Below, in pieces: positions 13,703-24,229 of a DNA stretch of 64,000 nt. How positions within the stretch are numbered: position 1 is the first letter of the stretch; every line of letters starts with the position of its first letter. The position numbers were made by a program, and so were the translations under genes. The notes beneath the pieces were generated by a model. It ran no database searches. It was not told the DNA's origin and worked only from the letters and a program-made list of their open reading frames with translations. The stretch is from Tubulanus polymorphus (lineage: Eukaryota > Animalia > Nemertea). The stretch is taken from assembly GCF_964204645.1 (NCBI RefSeq), contig NC_134025.1:16343101-16407100 (forward strand). Reading direction: 5' to 3'.

Positions 13703-13824
13703 AGTAATAGGGAATAAGTTGTTTCAAGTCAAAGGTTGAAAGGTCGGAAAATAAATTCTAGTGCGCGAGAATTTATTTTTCGACCTTTCGACCTTCGGCT
13801 TGAAACAACTTATTCCCTATTACT
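13703..13824. repeat. 122-bp terminal fold-back palindrome of copy A
   Basis: AGTAATAGGGAATAAGTTGTTTCAAG...CTTGAAACAACTTATTCCCTATTACT with apex AGTGCGCG. Confidence 0.95.
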
Positions 13825-14222
13825 AGTGACTTTATGGAATTACTCAACGACAATTGGCTTTAAACTCAACAAACATTATTAAAGAATGTTTCAAACAAAA
13901 TGCTTTATATAACAACATGAATAAACTTGTTTTACAAAACAAGAAAGTACATTTTGAACTTTTGAATGGTCGAATCCCATTTATTCACAGTAACCTGTGA
14001 TTTGGCGATTCTCGGAGCCATCCTTCTTGATGACGTCACTAACAAGTGGTCACGGCCGTACGCGTGCACTCATTTCTTTGAAAATCTAGCGAGCGGGCAC
14101 CGGTGCCCGCACGCTTATTTGCGGAGCGGGACTACGTGACGCTGCGCCCCGCCCCTTCGCGCTGAGAACTCGTGTTTACGGGCCTTAAACACTAGCATTG
14201 AATGTCGCTTATTCTCAGACCT

Positions 14223-17200
14223 TGTAGCGGAAATTCGTTTCATTTCGTTCTGTTCTTTTTATTTTCCAGCTGCAGTCCTCCCCAGTTTAGTCTAAAATTC
14301 ATATTAAATTCCTATTAAATTCATATTAAAAGTTTGTATGATGTAAAATAAAACCTTATAACTTATATTTGTAATTCTGAGACAAGAATGTTTAATGCTT
14401 TGGACTTAGGTCTGGTGGATTAGAAACTATTTTTATTTCTACCTTAATGAAATATAGTATGATTTAATCTGAATTCAAAAACTGTACCTAAAGACCTTTT
14501 CTATGTGTTCGGGTCATTCCCGGTTTGTATTTTTCGAGTTAATGTGCCTTAATCGATGTTCCCGTGCTGAAATCGATATTTTTATGCTGTGCTCTGTGCC
14601 CGAGATGGCGCCACTATACGGTTCTTAATTATATTGTGTACTCGGGGTGCTTTGTTTTAGCCAATTAGATGGGCTCTATAAAAGGCAAAAATGTGCTTTA
14701 TTAATTAGTCTCGGTGCACATTCTTAGGTGTGTATTACTAAGATTTTGAACTATGGGGGGAGTGATTAATCTAATTTTCTTAGTAAGTCATACTTAGCAC
14801 TGATTCTCTTTAAGTATTTCTTGGTCCTTATTCTCAAAGTTGTTTTTCTTCCAAGATGTTTTCGGAAAACAATCTTTCAGGGTTCAAGGAGGTTTTCTCC
14901 TTTGAATTATTCCCCGAAGGTATTCTTCTTTCCGATTTCCTCTCTTGGTTTTTCCCTCAACTTTTGGGTTTTCGGAATGGTGACCATCTCTTGCATGAAC
15001 ATAATAGGAAGAATGATTAAATAAATACTTAACTGGAACTATGATCAAATATAGCGAAAATTTTTATCTTTATTAAGAGCACTTGGAGTTACATTTTCTT
15101 TAGCGTAAAAGGAGTGCAGGGTTTAAGCAACTATTATTGAGTCGTAATGTTAGAATATCTGAAATCTTTATTCCTAATACTATTGAATTCTGGTGCGAGT
15201 CGTGCACTTGTATTAAGGGCAATATGCCTTTGTTAATCTCCTCCTTTGGTGGCCGGTTGGCCATCTTATCTACCTAAAATGTTGTAAATAAGAGATAACC
15301 TCCAGGTTGTGTATATATTGTTCATTGTTTGAAAATTTCCAAGAAATAATAAATAGTATTCAAGAGAATATTATCATAAACATAAAATTCGAAATCTTTG
15401 CCTTTTTCCCTAAACTATATTTGTGGTGTCGGATTTACTATCATTTGAGGAAAGGATTTTCTTGTGCATTTTTTGGGATTCTGTGACACCATAATATTCT
15501 TGAAGAATCGTGTGGGTTGGAGAGTTTAGGGCATCATGTAAGTCTTCAAAAGGGATAGAATTGAGGGCACCCTCTAGTGGGAGAGGCCAACTATTGGTGA
15601 ATGCTCCTCGTTTTATTTAGTTGGTATCTATTATTCTTTTTGAAGCTAAACGGCTGATCAGGTCGGCTGTGGAGGCCGGAAATACTTGTAGCGCTGGAAG
15701 CAGTCCTGTATTTCCTCCTCAGTCGGAGAGAAAGCTAGGGGATTTTTATTTTATTTGACTCATTCATGATTCTTCTATTAATTCTTTTGGTCACAGTTTT
15801 TCATTCATGCACACGCCTTTTTCATGGGTGATTTGTGAGGACATTCAGTCACCCGTGTTACCATTATGACTCATCACTGAGAATTAGGACTCCTTAAAGT
15901 ATTCTTACTCACCAGAGGAAGACTTGACATATTTTTGCGCGTTAAATCTCATGGAGGAAAACAAGAGAATTTTCCCCTTCTAGCTTCTCTACCTCCCAGA
16001 TGCTAGTGACGTGAGCGAACCCTTGAAGCGACGCCTTTATGCAACTTTTTTAGCTCCGCTGTGACCGAAGGTCAGCGGAGCTGATGGGTTAGGGGGTTCG
16101 TCGTCGTCGTCCGTCCGGTGTTCGGTGTCCGGCGTCAACTTTTTCTTTATATCCCTACTAGTCCTACAGTTCTGATGGGATCTTGATGAAACTTGGTATG
16201 AATGATCTATGGGGGAGTGCCTACAAAAGTACAGAGCCATAATTTTGATTTTGCATAAATTATGCAAATTAGGGCTATTTTTAGATTTTCACTAAAATCG
16301 CTACTCCTCCATCGATTTTCAGCGGATTTCAATCAAACTTGGTATGAATGATCTATGGGGGAGTGCCTACAAAAGTACAGAGCCATATTTTTGATTTTGC
16401 ATAAATTATGCAAATTAGGGCTATTTTTAGATTTTCACTTAAATCGCTACTTCTACTTCAGTTTTCAGTAGATATCAACCAAACTTGGTACGAATGATGT
16501 ATGGGGGAGTGCCTACAAAAGTATAGAGCCATACTTTTGATTTTGCATAAATTATGCAAATTAGGGCTATTTTTAGATTTTCACTTAAATTGCTACTTCT
16601 ACTCCAGTTTTCAGTAGATTTCAACCAAACTTCATATGAATGATCTATTGGGGAGTGCCTACAAAAGTATAGAGCCATATTTTTGATTTTGCATAAATTG
16701 TGCAAATTAGGCCTTTTTTAGATTTTCCTTTCAATCGCTACTCCTCCAATTTTCAGCGGATTTCAAACTTAGTATGAATGTTTTTATAGGGGATTGTCTA
16801 AACCAGTATAGAGCCATATTCTAGATTATGCATAAATTTTGCAAATTAGGGATAATTTTTTTAGATTTTCACTTAAATCGCTACACCTTCTTCAGTTTTT
16901 ATCAAATTTGAATTAAACTTTTTATGAATGATCTATGGGATGATACCTACATAAGTATAGAGGATGTTTTGCAAATTAGTTCTATTTATAGATTTATCTT
17001 GTCTTCAAATCGCTACTATTCCTACAATTTTAATCAGATCAATTCCAAATTCGGTATGAATGTTCTATGGACCAAGGCCTATAAAGTTACAGAGTCATTT
17101 TTTAGAATTGTCCCCCTAGGGGCGCCCTTAGGGTGGAGTTTCTATTTCTTCAAATCGCTACTAGTCCTACAGTTTTAATCAGATCAATTCCAAATTTGGT

Positions 17201-17655
17201 ATGAATGTTCTATGGACCAAGGCCAAGTTGCAGAGCCATTTTTTTGATTCTTCCCTCAGGGGCGCCCCTTGGGGTGGAGTTTCTATTTCTTCAGATCGCT
17301 ACTAGTCCTATTGTTTTGATCAGATCAAGTCCAAATTTGGTATGAATGGTGTTTGGACCAATACCTACAAAGTACAGAGCCTTTTTTGGATTTGGCCAAA
17401 AGGGGGCACCCCTAGGTATGCAGCTTCTATTTCTTCAAGTCACACGCGGAGCTATATAAGCCGATAGGCTCCTTGTCCTTAAATGTATAGGATTATGGAA
17501 CGAGAGAGAGAGAGCTACCTGTATTCCCTCTTGGTCGAGGAAATTCCGAGAGTTGAGACCTTAGACTTGACATTATGAATTTTAACGGAAACGGAAGTAG
17601 ATTTTTGTAGTCACTTGCCAGAGCACGCTACCCCGAATCCCGGTATTCCGCTTCA
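14223..17655 (+). mobile_element. Probable 5' LTR of Gypsy element 1 (~2 kb plus HINE insertion)
   Basis: Starts TGTAGCGGAA, ends TTCCGCTTCA, followed 2 nt later by a PBS. Confidence 0.62.
16046..17476 (+). mobile_element. Non-autonomous Helentron-type element (HINE) with internal ~120-bp tandem array
   Basis: 5' TTTTTAGCTCCGCT..AGCGGAGCT stem, (TCG)n/TCCG microsatellite, about 10 diverging ~120-bp units, 3' GCGGAGCTA plus AGCCGATAGGCT hairpin. Confidence 0.8.
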
Positions 17656-17657
17656 AA

Positions 17658-17675
17658 TGGTGGCAGCGGTGGGAT
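17658..17675 (+). promoter_or_regulatory. Primer-binding site, tRNA-Leu type
   Basis: TGGTGGCAGCGGTGGGAT, complementary to the 3' end of tRNA-Leu. Confidence 0.85.
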
Positions 17676-17947
17676 CATCTTCGATATAAGCATATACGTG
17701 CATTATTACTATTTTTTTATCTATACGTTTTAGAGGTTTAGCCTTCCTTGGTGAGTGAGTCTCCGTAGAGTAATATAATCAGACACCCTCCATTTTCTCT
17801 TATCATTTTAACTACATTAAACTATAAAGGTTAGGTCAGGAAGTTTAGTTAGGTAGAAACCACAGCAGAGTTCGTTTATCGTTTTTCCGTGATAAAACTT
17901 TCTTTCATTCTTTTCATAGCGTATTTGTCTGTGAGTCTTTCGTGTGA

Positions 17948-18582
17948 ATGAGAATGAGTCGTCCGGCTACCCGCTCCATAACTAGATCTCTTGATACAAG
18001 TAGAAGTGCCGAAGATATTCGCCATTTAGCCGAAGCCAGGGATGAACCGGGTATACAGAGTCTGTCTAGGGGTGACGGACCTCGAGTTAATTCCTCGTCG
18101 ATGGATGTAGTATGTCCATATGTTTCCTCCGAGGCCTACAATTATAAAATGAAACCTGGAAGTTATACTGGTGATACTAGCTGGTCTGATTACCGTTTAA
18201 GTTTTGAAACCGTTTCTCGTATTAACTCGTGGCCTTATCAAAGCCGATTATCTTTTTGCTTCACTTCGGGGTGCAGCTAGACAGTTGGTCTGTGCAAAAC
18301 TTTCCTCAGGTGAAGCACTTAATTACTTTGAGATGTGCAAAGTTCTCGAATCAAGGTTCGGCAAAGGTGCCCATTTTCAGACCTATTTGGCTGAGCTCAA
18401 GAATCGCCGCCGTAAAAGACATGAATCCTTGCGAGAGTTGGGTCAATCTATTCTTGTTTCATGCGCACTTGCGTACCCAGATTTTCCGGGGGACCAACGC
18501 GAACAGATGGCGCGTATGCATTTTATTGAAGCTTTAGAAGATAAGGAAGTGAGATTAAAACTGTGGCAAACCAACTACCAAA
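17948..18582 (+). pseudogene. Gypsy gag, 5' part (frameshifted, interrupted by copy B)
   Basis: KPGSYTGDTSWSDY..FE, LESRFG, ESLRELG..LAYP motifs. Confidence 0.82.
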
Positions 18583-19333
18583 AGTAATAGGGGTAATGGG
18601 CTTTCAGATCAAAGGTCGAAGGGTCGAGCTCGTAAAAAAATGAAAATAACAATAATTTACAGTTGAATTAGTCGCGCACACTCCTAATTCAACTGTAAAT
18701 TATTGTTATTTTCATTTTTTACTCACTCGCCCCTTCAACCTTTAACCTGAAAGCCCATTACCCCTATTACTCTTAAAATGTTCATATATATATATATATA
18801 AACATAATTTACATGAATAACATATGAATTGATAGATTATTCAATATAAAGTGTGAGTAAAGTGTTAGTAAAAAAGTAACGAGTAATTAACGAGCTCTTA
18901 TAGAATAGATATATAGATATATTTACAACATTATTTCAATATTTATATTTGTATGAGTTAGATTTTTAAACATTAAAAGTGTTAGTAAAGTGTGATTGAA
19001 ATAATACATGATATAAATCATTGAACTTCTAAAATCAATTTAAAAAAAAATTTTGATATTAAAATGGAAGCAAATAAGTACTACTGCCCAACATGTAATA
19101 TCAATATAGATAAATCCCAAAAAGCAAGACACAATAAAACTAAAACACATTTAGAGAATAAATTGAAATTAGAATATGAAGATGATATATTAGAAACTAA
19201 ATTAGATGAATTAAAGAATGAAAAAGAAACATATAAATGTGATACATGTAATCAATCATTCAGTGATAAAAGATATTATAAAGAACATTTAAAATCTAAA
19301 AGTCATATTAGAAATAAGAATAATGATATTTTA
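18583..19333. repeat. Left TIR of copy B (189-bp palindrome 18583-18771 plus duplicated 5' end of pPolB)
   Basis: Inverted match to 30803-31550. Confidence 0.95.
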
Positions 19334-19418
19334 AGGAATGAAAAAGGATGACGTTAGTCGAAGAAATGGAAGAGGATTCTAAAATGTTAATCAATTTTAA
19401 TAAGAATATGTATAATAA

Positions 19419-20213
19419 ATGGAGCCGGAACAATCACAAGCTATAAATATAAACAATAATGGTGTAATAAATATATGCTATAAGAAATGTAATAAGTGTG
19501 AATTGAATAAATCATTAACAGAATTTCAAAAAAATGAAACTAAAAAAGATGGCAAACAAACATATTGCAAAAGCTGTACTAAACTATACAATAACAAATT
19601 TCTTGAAAATAATCCAAATTATTCAACACAATATTATATGGATAATATTGAAAAATTCAAAGTTAGAAATAAACAATGGAGAGAAAATCACTCCAGATTA
19701 TATAACAAAATATATGAGAGAATGGAGGGATAATAATAGAGAATATTATAAAGCGTATCAAAATAATTATAAGAAAGAAAGATATCAAACAGATTTTAAT
19801 TACAAATTGAAAAAATGTTTAAGATCTAAAGTATCAAAATTATTCAGTAAAGAAAACCACTCAGTTACACCAGCACATTTATTGGATAATTTTTCAGTTC
19901 AGATAATTTTTTTAAATCATGGATAATATATCAATTCGATGATAAAATGAATATAAATAATTATGGCAATTATTTTCATATTGATCATGTGTTACCAATA
20001 TCTAAATTTGACATGAATGATGAATATGATAAAAAGTTAATTTGGAATTGGAAAAACTTGAGACCTCTTGAAAAGAATGAAAATATGATTAAACATGACA
20101 AACTAGATTTACAGTTATATTTAGAACAGTTAACAAAAGTAAAGAAATTCATTGAATTATGGAACAATAATCCAAATAATGAACAATATGTTGAATCTTT
20201 ATTGAGTGGTTAA
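19419..20213 (+). pseudogene. HNH endonuclease with N-terminal Zn-binding motif, frameshifted
   Basis: KKCNKC..KDG..CKSC; HIDHVLPISKF..NLRPL..N..K. Confidence 0.78.
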
Positions 20214-20431
20214 AGATTAATATATCTCAAATGAAATATAATAAAAATTACATAACTTCAACTATCTATTATTTCTATTATATTTTTAATATTTTCTTTT
20301 CAAAAAAGAATACTTTATATCACAAATAAAAAATACTACAAAAACAATAACTAATACTAGAATTCTTTAACTTTAACTATCTTGTATCAGAATACTTATA
20401 ATATTTTTCTTATTAAATTTCTCTAATATTA

Positions 20432-21034
20432 ATGTCAAAGAAATCGAGTAAGAATAGTATTGATATTGAAAAAACATTAGATGATTTGGGCATAAGTGAT
20501 AATAAGGATCAAGTTGTTTCTAATTCTATTCAAGTTAATTACAATATTGATTATGAATACTACTTATATTGTAAGCACCATCTAGAATTATTAATTGCTA
20601 GTGGTAAATGTAATCAGTTTATTGGGAAAATAATAACTTTTCAAGAATTAGATGCTATGAAACCAGATAAAGTAATAAAATATTTTAAGATTTATGAAGA
20701 GGCAAGATTGGCCCGAATAAATGATTCTATTTCAGATGGTATTGTCAAATGTTATTCTAAGTTATGTAACCAGTTAATACCAATTGATGATGAAAATAAA
20801 TTATATAGTGATTTGAAAAATGACTACTTAGTTATGACTGAATTACAAAAATGGGTTGGTTATGCTTTATTTCAATTAGGATCGGTTATGACATTAATTT
20901 CTACTGGCGTCATAACATTTTCGAACATCAAACCTATGGAATATAAATCAGGTAAGAACGAAACAGATGTACTACAACCAAACGTCGAAACAGAAAATGA
21001 ATCAGAACAAAAATTAACTAAAATAAATGAGTGA
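20432..21034 (+). CDS. Conserved unknown 200-aa protein
   Basis: Homologous to 49794-50397. Confidence 0.7.
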   Translation: MSKKSSKNSIDIEKTLDDLGISDNKDQVVSNSIQVNYNIDYEYYLYCKHHLELLIASGKCNQFIGKIITFQELDAMKPDKVIKYFKIYEEARLARINDSISDGIVKCYSKLCNQLIPIDDENKLYSDLKNDYLVMTELQKWVGYALFQLGSVMTLISTGVITFSNIKPMEYKSGKNETDVLQPNVETENESEQKLTKINE

Positions 21035-21402
21035 TGGAGTTAAGAAAAAGGCTAGATCAGAGAAACAAATTAAATGGGCAAGAGAATTAGGTAAAAGATC
21101 TTCAGAATTAAAAAAGCTAAGAAAAAGAAATTAACTGATATAAATGAATCACAGAAATTATCTGATATTGATTCAAATAATAATCCATCTGATTCTTCTA
21201 ATGCTGGAAGTAATTATAAATTATATATTACAATTGGATTAGTAACAGTTATTATATTCTCTGGTGTAATATATAAATATAAGTATAAATCTGATTATAA
21301 CAATAATGATTCCAATGATAATAAACCTATCATACCAGAAAATAAGTCAAATCATAAAGCCATTGAAACTAAATCTAAATTATTATTAATGGATAAAATA
21401 AG

Positions 21403-22494
21403 ATGAAAAAAGAACAATATTTAAGAGAGTTATATTATAACCCAGAAAGTGAAGTATCATATTCTAACGTTACAGAATTATGGGGTAAAATTAAATCTGA
21501 TAAGGAAAATGGCAATATAAAATATAGTGAACTAAGATTATGGTTACAAAATCAACCAACATATCAAATCCACAAGAAAATGGATAAAACTTATTCAACA
21601 AGAAAAGTTATGGTTTCATATATCTTTCAACAATGGCAAGCAGATTTAATTGACATGAAGAACTTAGAAGAATACAACAAAGGATATTTCTGGATACTGA
21701 ATGTTATAGACATATTCAGTAGATACGCATGGTCAATTCCAATCAAAAATAAAACTGGAATAGAAGTTACAAATGCTTTTAAATCAATATTTAAAGAAGC
21801 TATTCCAGATAAGATACAATTTGATGAAGGTAAGGAATTTTATAACAAACATTTTAAAAAACTATTATCCGATAACGATGTAGATTATTTTTCAACACAC
21901 TCAGATAAAAAAGCATCTATTATAGAAAGATATTAATAAAACATTGAAAACTAGAATGTGGAAATATTTTACTGCTAATGAAACATATAAATATATCGAT
22001 GTATTAGATGATTTAGTGAAAGGTTATAATAATTCTAAACATAGTTCTATAAATATGAAACCTATACAAGCTAGAAAAGAAGATAATTCAGAAATAGTTT
22101 GGAATAATTTATATGGAGCGTTTGTTACACATGATTTCGGTTAACCTAGATTCAAAATTGGACAACACGTAAGAATATCTAAATATAGAAAAACATTTTA
22201 TAAAGGTTAAACTCCAAATTTTACTGAAGAAATATTCAAGATTAAAAAGATAATATTAACTAAACCTTTTGTTTATAAATTAGAAGATCTAAAAGATGAA
22301 GAAATATTAGGTTATTTCTATGAACAAGAATTATCACTTGTACCAAATTCAGATGAAATAGAATACAAAATAGAAAAAGTATTGAAAACAAAAACTCTTA
22401 AAGGAAAAAAGTATTCTTTGGTGAAATATAAAGGATATGATGGTAATTTAATGAATGGATTTTATCTAGTAAAATTAAAAGAATAAATGAATAA
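21403..22494 (+). pseudogene. rve integrase with chromodomain, copy B (stops and frameshifts)
   Basis: WQADLIDM, IDIFSRYAW, QFDEGKEF, ASIIER; near-identical to 48308-49426. Confidence 0.92.
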
Positions 22495-22981
22495 AGATAT
22501 ATTTATATTTGAACCGCATAATATGTTAGTTACTGGAGTAACCAATTGTGGTAAAACACATTTCATATTAGATTTGTTAGAAACTATTTATAAGAATCAT
22601 TTTGATAATATAATATTATTCTGTCCTACTTATGAAATGAATAAAACATATAATAGAGATATAGTTAAGATAAAAAAGTTTATTATATTAGATCCTAAAA
22701 CAGTAAAAGAAAATTTAGATAATTGTATAAAAATAGCAATTGATACTTATAAAGGATCAAATACATTATTCATTATAGATGATTGCGTAATTTTACATGA
22801 TTCAAAAGTTAGAGAAAGTGAGTTATGTTATCTAGCTTTCTCTGGGAGACATTTTGGGATAACAACATGGGTTTTAAATCAAAAATATAATTCAATTGTT
22901 AAAGACTTTAGGGAGAATATAAGATTTCTTGGATTTCTTGGATTCTTACTCGTACGTCTAGTATATAGTTATATAAATTAG
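22487..22981 (+). pseudogene. A32/FtsK-like packaging ATPase, 3' truncated
   Basis: Walker A GVTNCGKT, Walker B FIIDD, GRH..VLNQ. Confidence 0.9.
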
Positions 22982-22992
22982 TTTTATAATAA

Positions 22993-24202
22993 TTATTCTA
23001 ATTTTGTTTCTAATATATTTATAAAATCATCTCTGTTTATATCTAATTCACCAAAAGTCTTAGGTAGATTTATTAATTTTAATTGAGCCATCTTACCATA
23101 ATAATTAGTAGGTATATTAGCTTTTTCTCTTAATTTTTCTAAGTATTCATCAAAATCATCATAATCAAAATCAAAATGATTTCCAAAATTTTGTATTAGA
23201 TAACTTAAATCTATTTTTCTAAAATATAATAATTTGTATATTTGTTTAGGATTATCTTCTGCATAAGCTAATAATTTATCAAATAACAACTTATAGAATA
23301 TTTAATATTGGTTAGTTTTAGGATTAAAATATCTGATATATTTATTTGGGTTATTTAACAATGGTATCATACTCACCATTTTATAAACATTAATTAGATG
23401 TAACTTCTATTTATAATGAGTATTTTCATCAACAGGTTCAATTTTCTTATTACAATATTGGCACATTTTATTTCTTTCTATTTCTTCTAATTTCTTTTCA
23501 TGTTCTTCTAACTTCCTTTCATTTTCGATATGCGCTTGAGATTTTTTATGTTTAGAAAAATTACTTTTAGAAATATCTAAATCACAAATGTTACAATGTT
23601 TTTTAGAATCATCAATTGTTTCATTACCATTAGTTTCAATTGTATCAACATTATCTGTTTTATTATCTATGGTATCATTTGTTTCAATTGTATTAACATT
23701 ATCTATGATATTATCTATTATATTATTATCAGATATATTATTATCATTATTATTCTTTTCTTTTTCTATATGTTTATTTGATTTCTTATGTGATGCCCAA
23801 TTTTTATATGATATATATTTCTTACATACATCACAATATTTTTTCATTTGTCTTTTTGGTTTTGATATCAGGTTCAATCTTATCATTATTAGATGTAGTA
23901 GGTATTACATTATTAGATGTAGAAGGTATTACATTATTAGATGTAGTAGGTATTACATTATTAGATGTAGTAGGTATTACATTATTAGATGTAGAAGGTA
24001 TTGCATTATCATCAATTACATTACTTAAATTATCAACAACTTCACTTTTATTATTATCGATTTCTATTAGTTTAGTTTTATAAATTTTGAAAATAGGATC
24101 AAATATCAAAGCTATATTACGAGGTATTACATAATACAAACCATCATTATTTTCATGTGTATCGATGTATGGAATATGTTTATATACTTTACCTCCTTCC
24201 AT
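22993..24202 (-). pseudogene. MEGGKVY protein, B variant: NNVIP[ST]TS repeats then C2H2 zinc fingers
   Basis: ORFs 23831-24202, 23407-23886 (CDVC..HKKSNKH; CNIC..HKKSQAH) and 22993-23289. Confidence 0.7.
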
Positions 24203-24229
24203 TTATTATATAAATTTTAATTAAAGTTA

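Larger units (their letters stand above)
6857..13824 (-). mobile_element. Family 2 Polinton-like element, copy A (divergent, degraded, lacks pPolB, one end lost)
   Basis: Homologues of copy C/D genes in the same order on the minus strand; terminal palindrome 13703-13824 ending ATTACT. Confidence 0.88.

Noticed and set aside
16150-17440. CRISPR-like array
   Set aside because: Units are whole tandem repeats without unique spacers, there are no cas genes, and the context is eukaryotic.
23588-24083. Hydrophobic repetitive plus-strand ORFs
   Set aside because: Antisense shadows of the 24-bp repeat gene on the minus strand.
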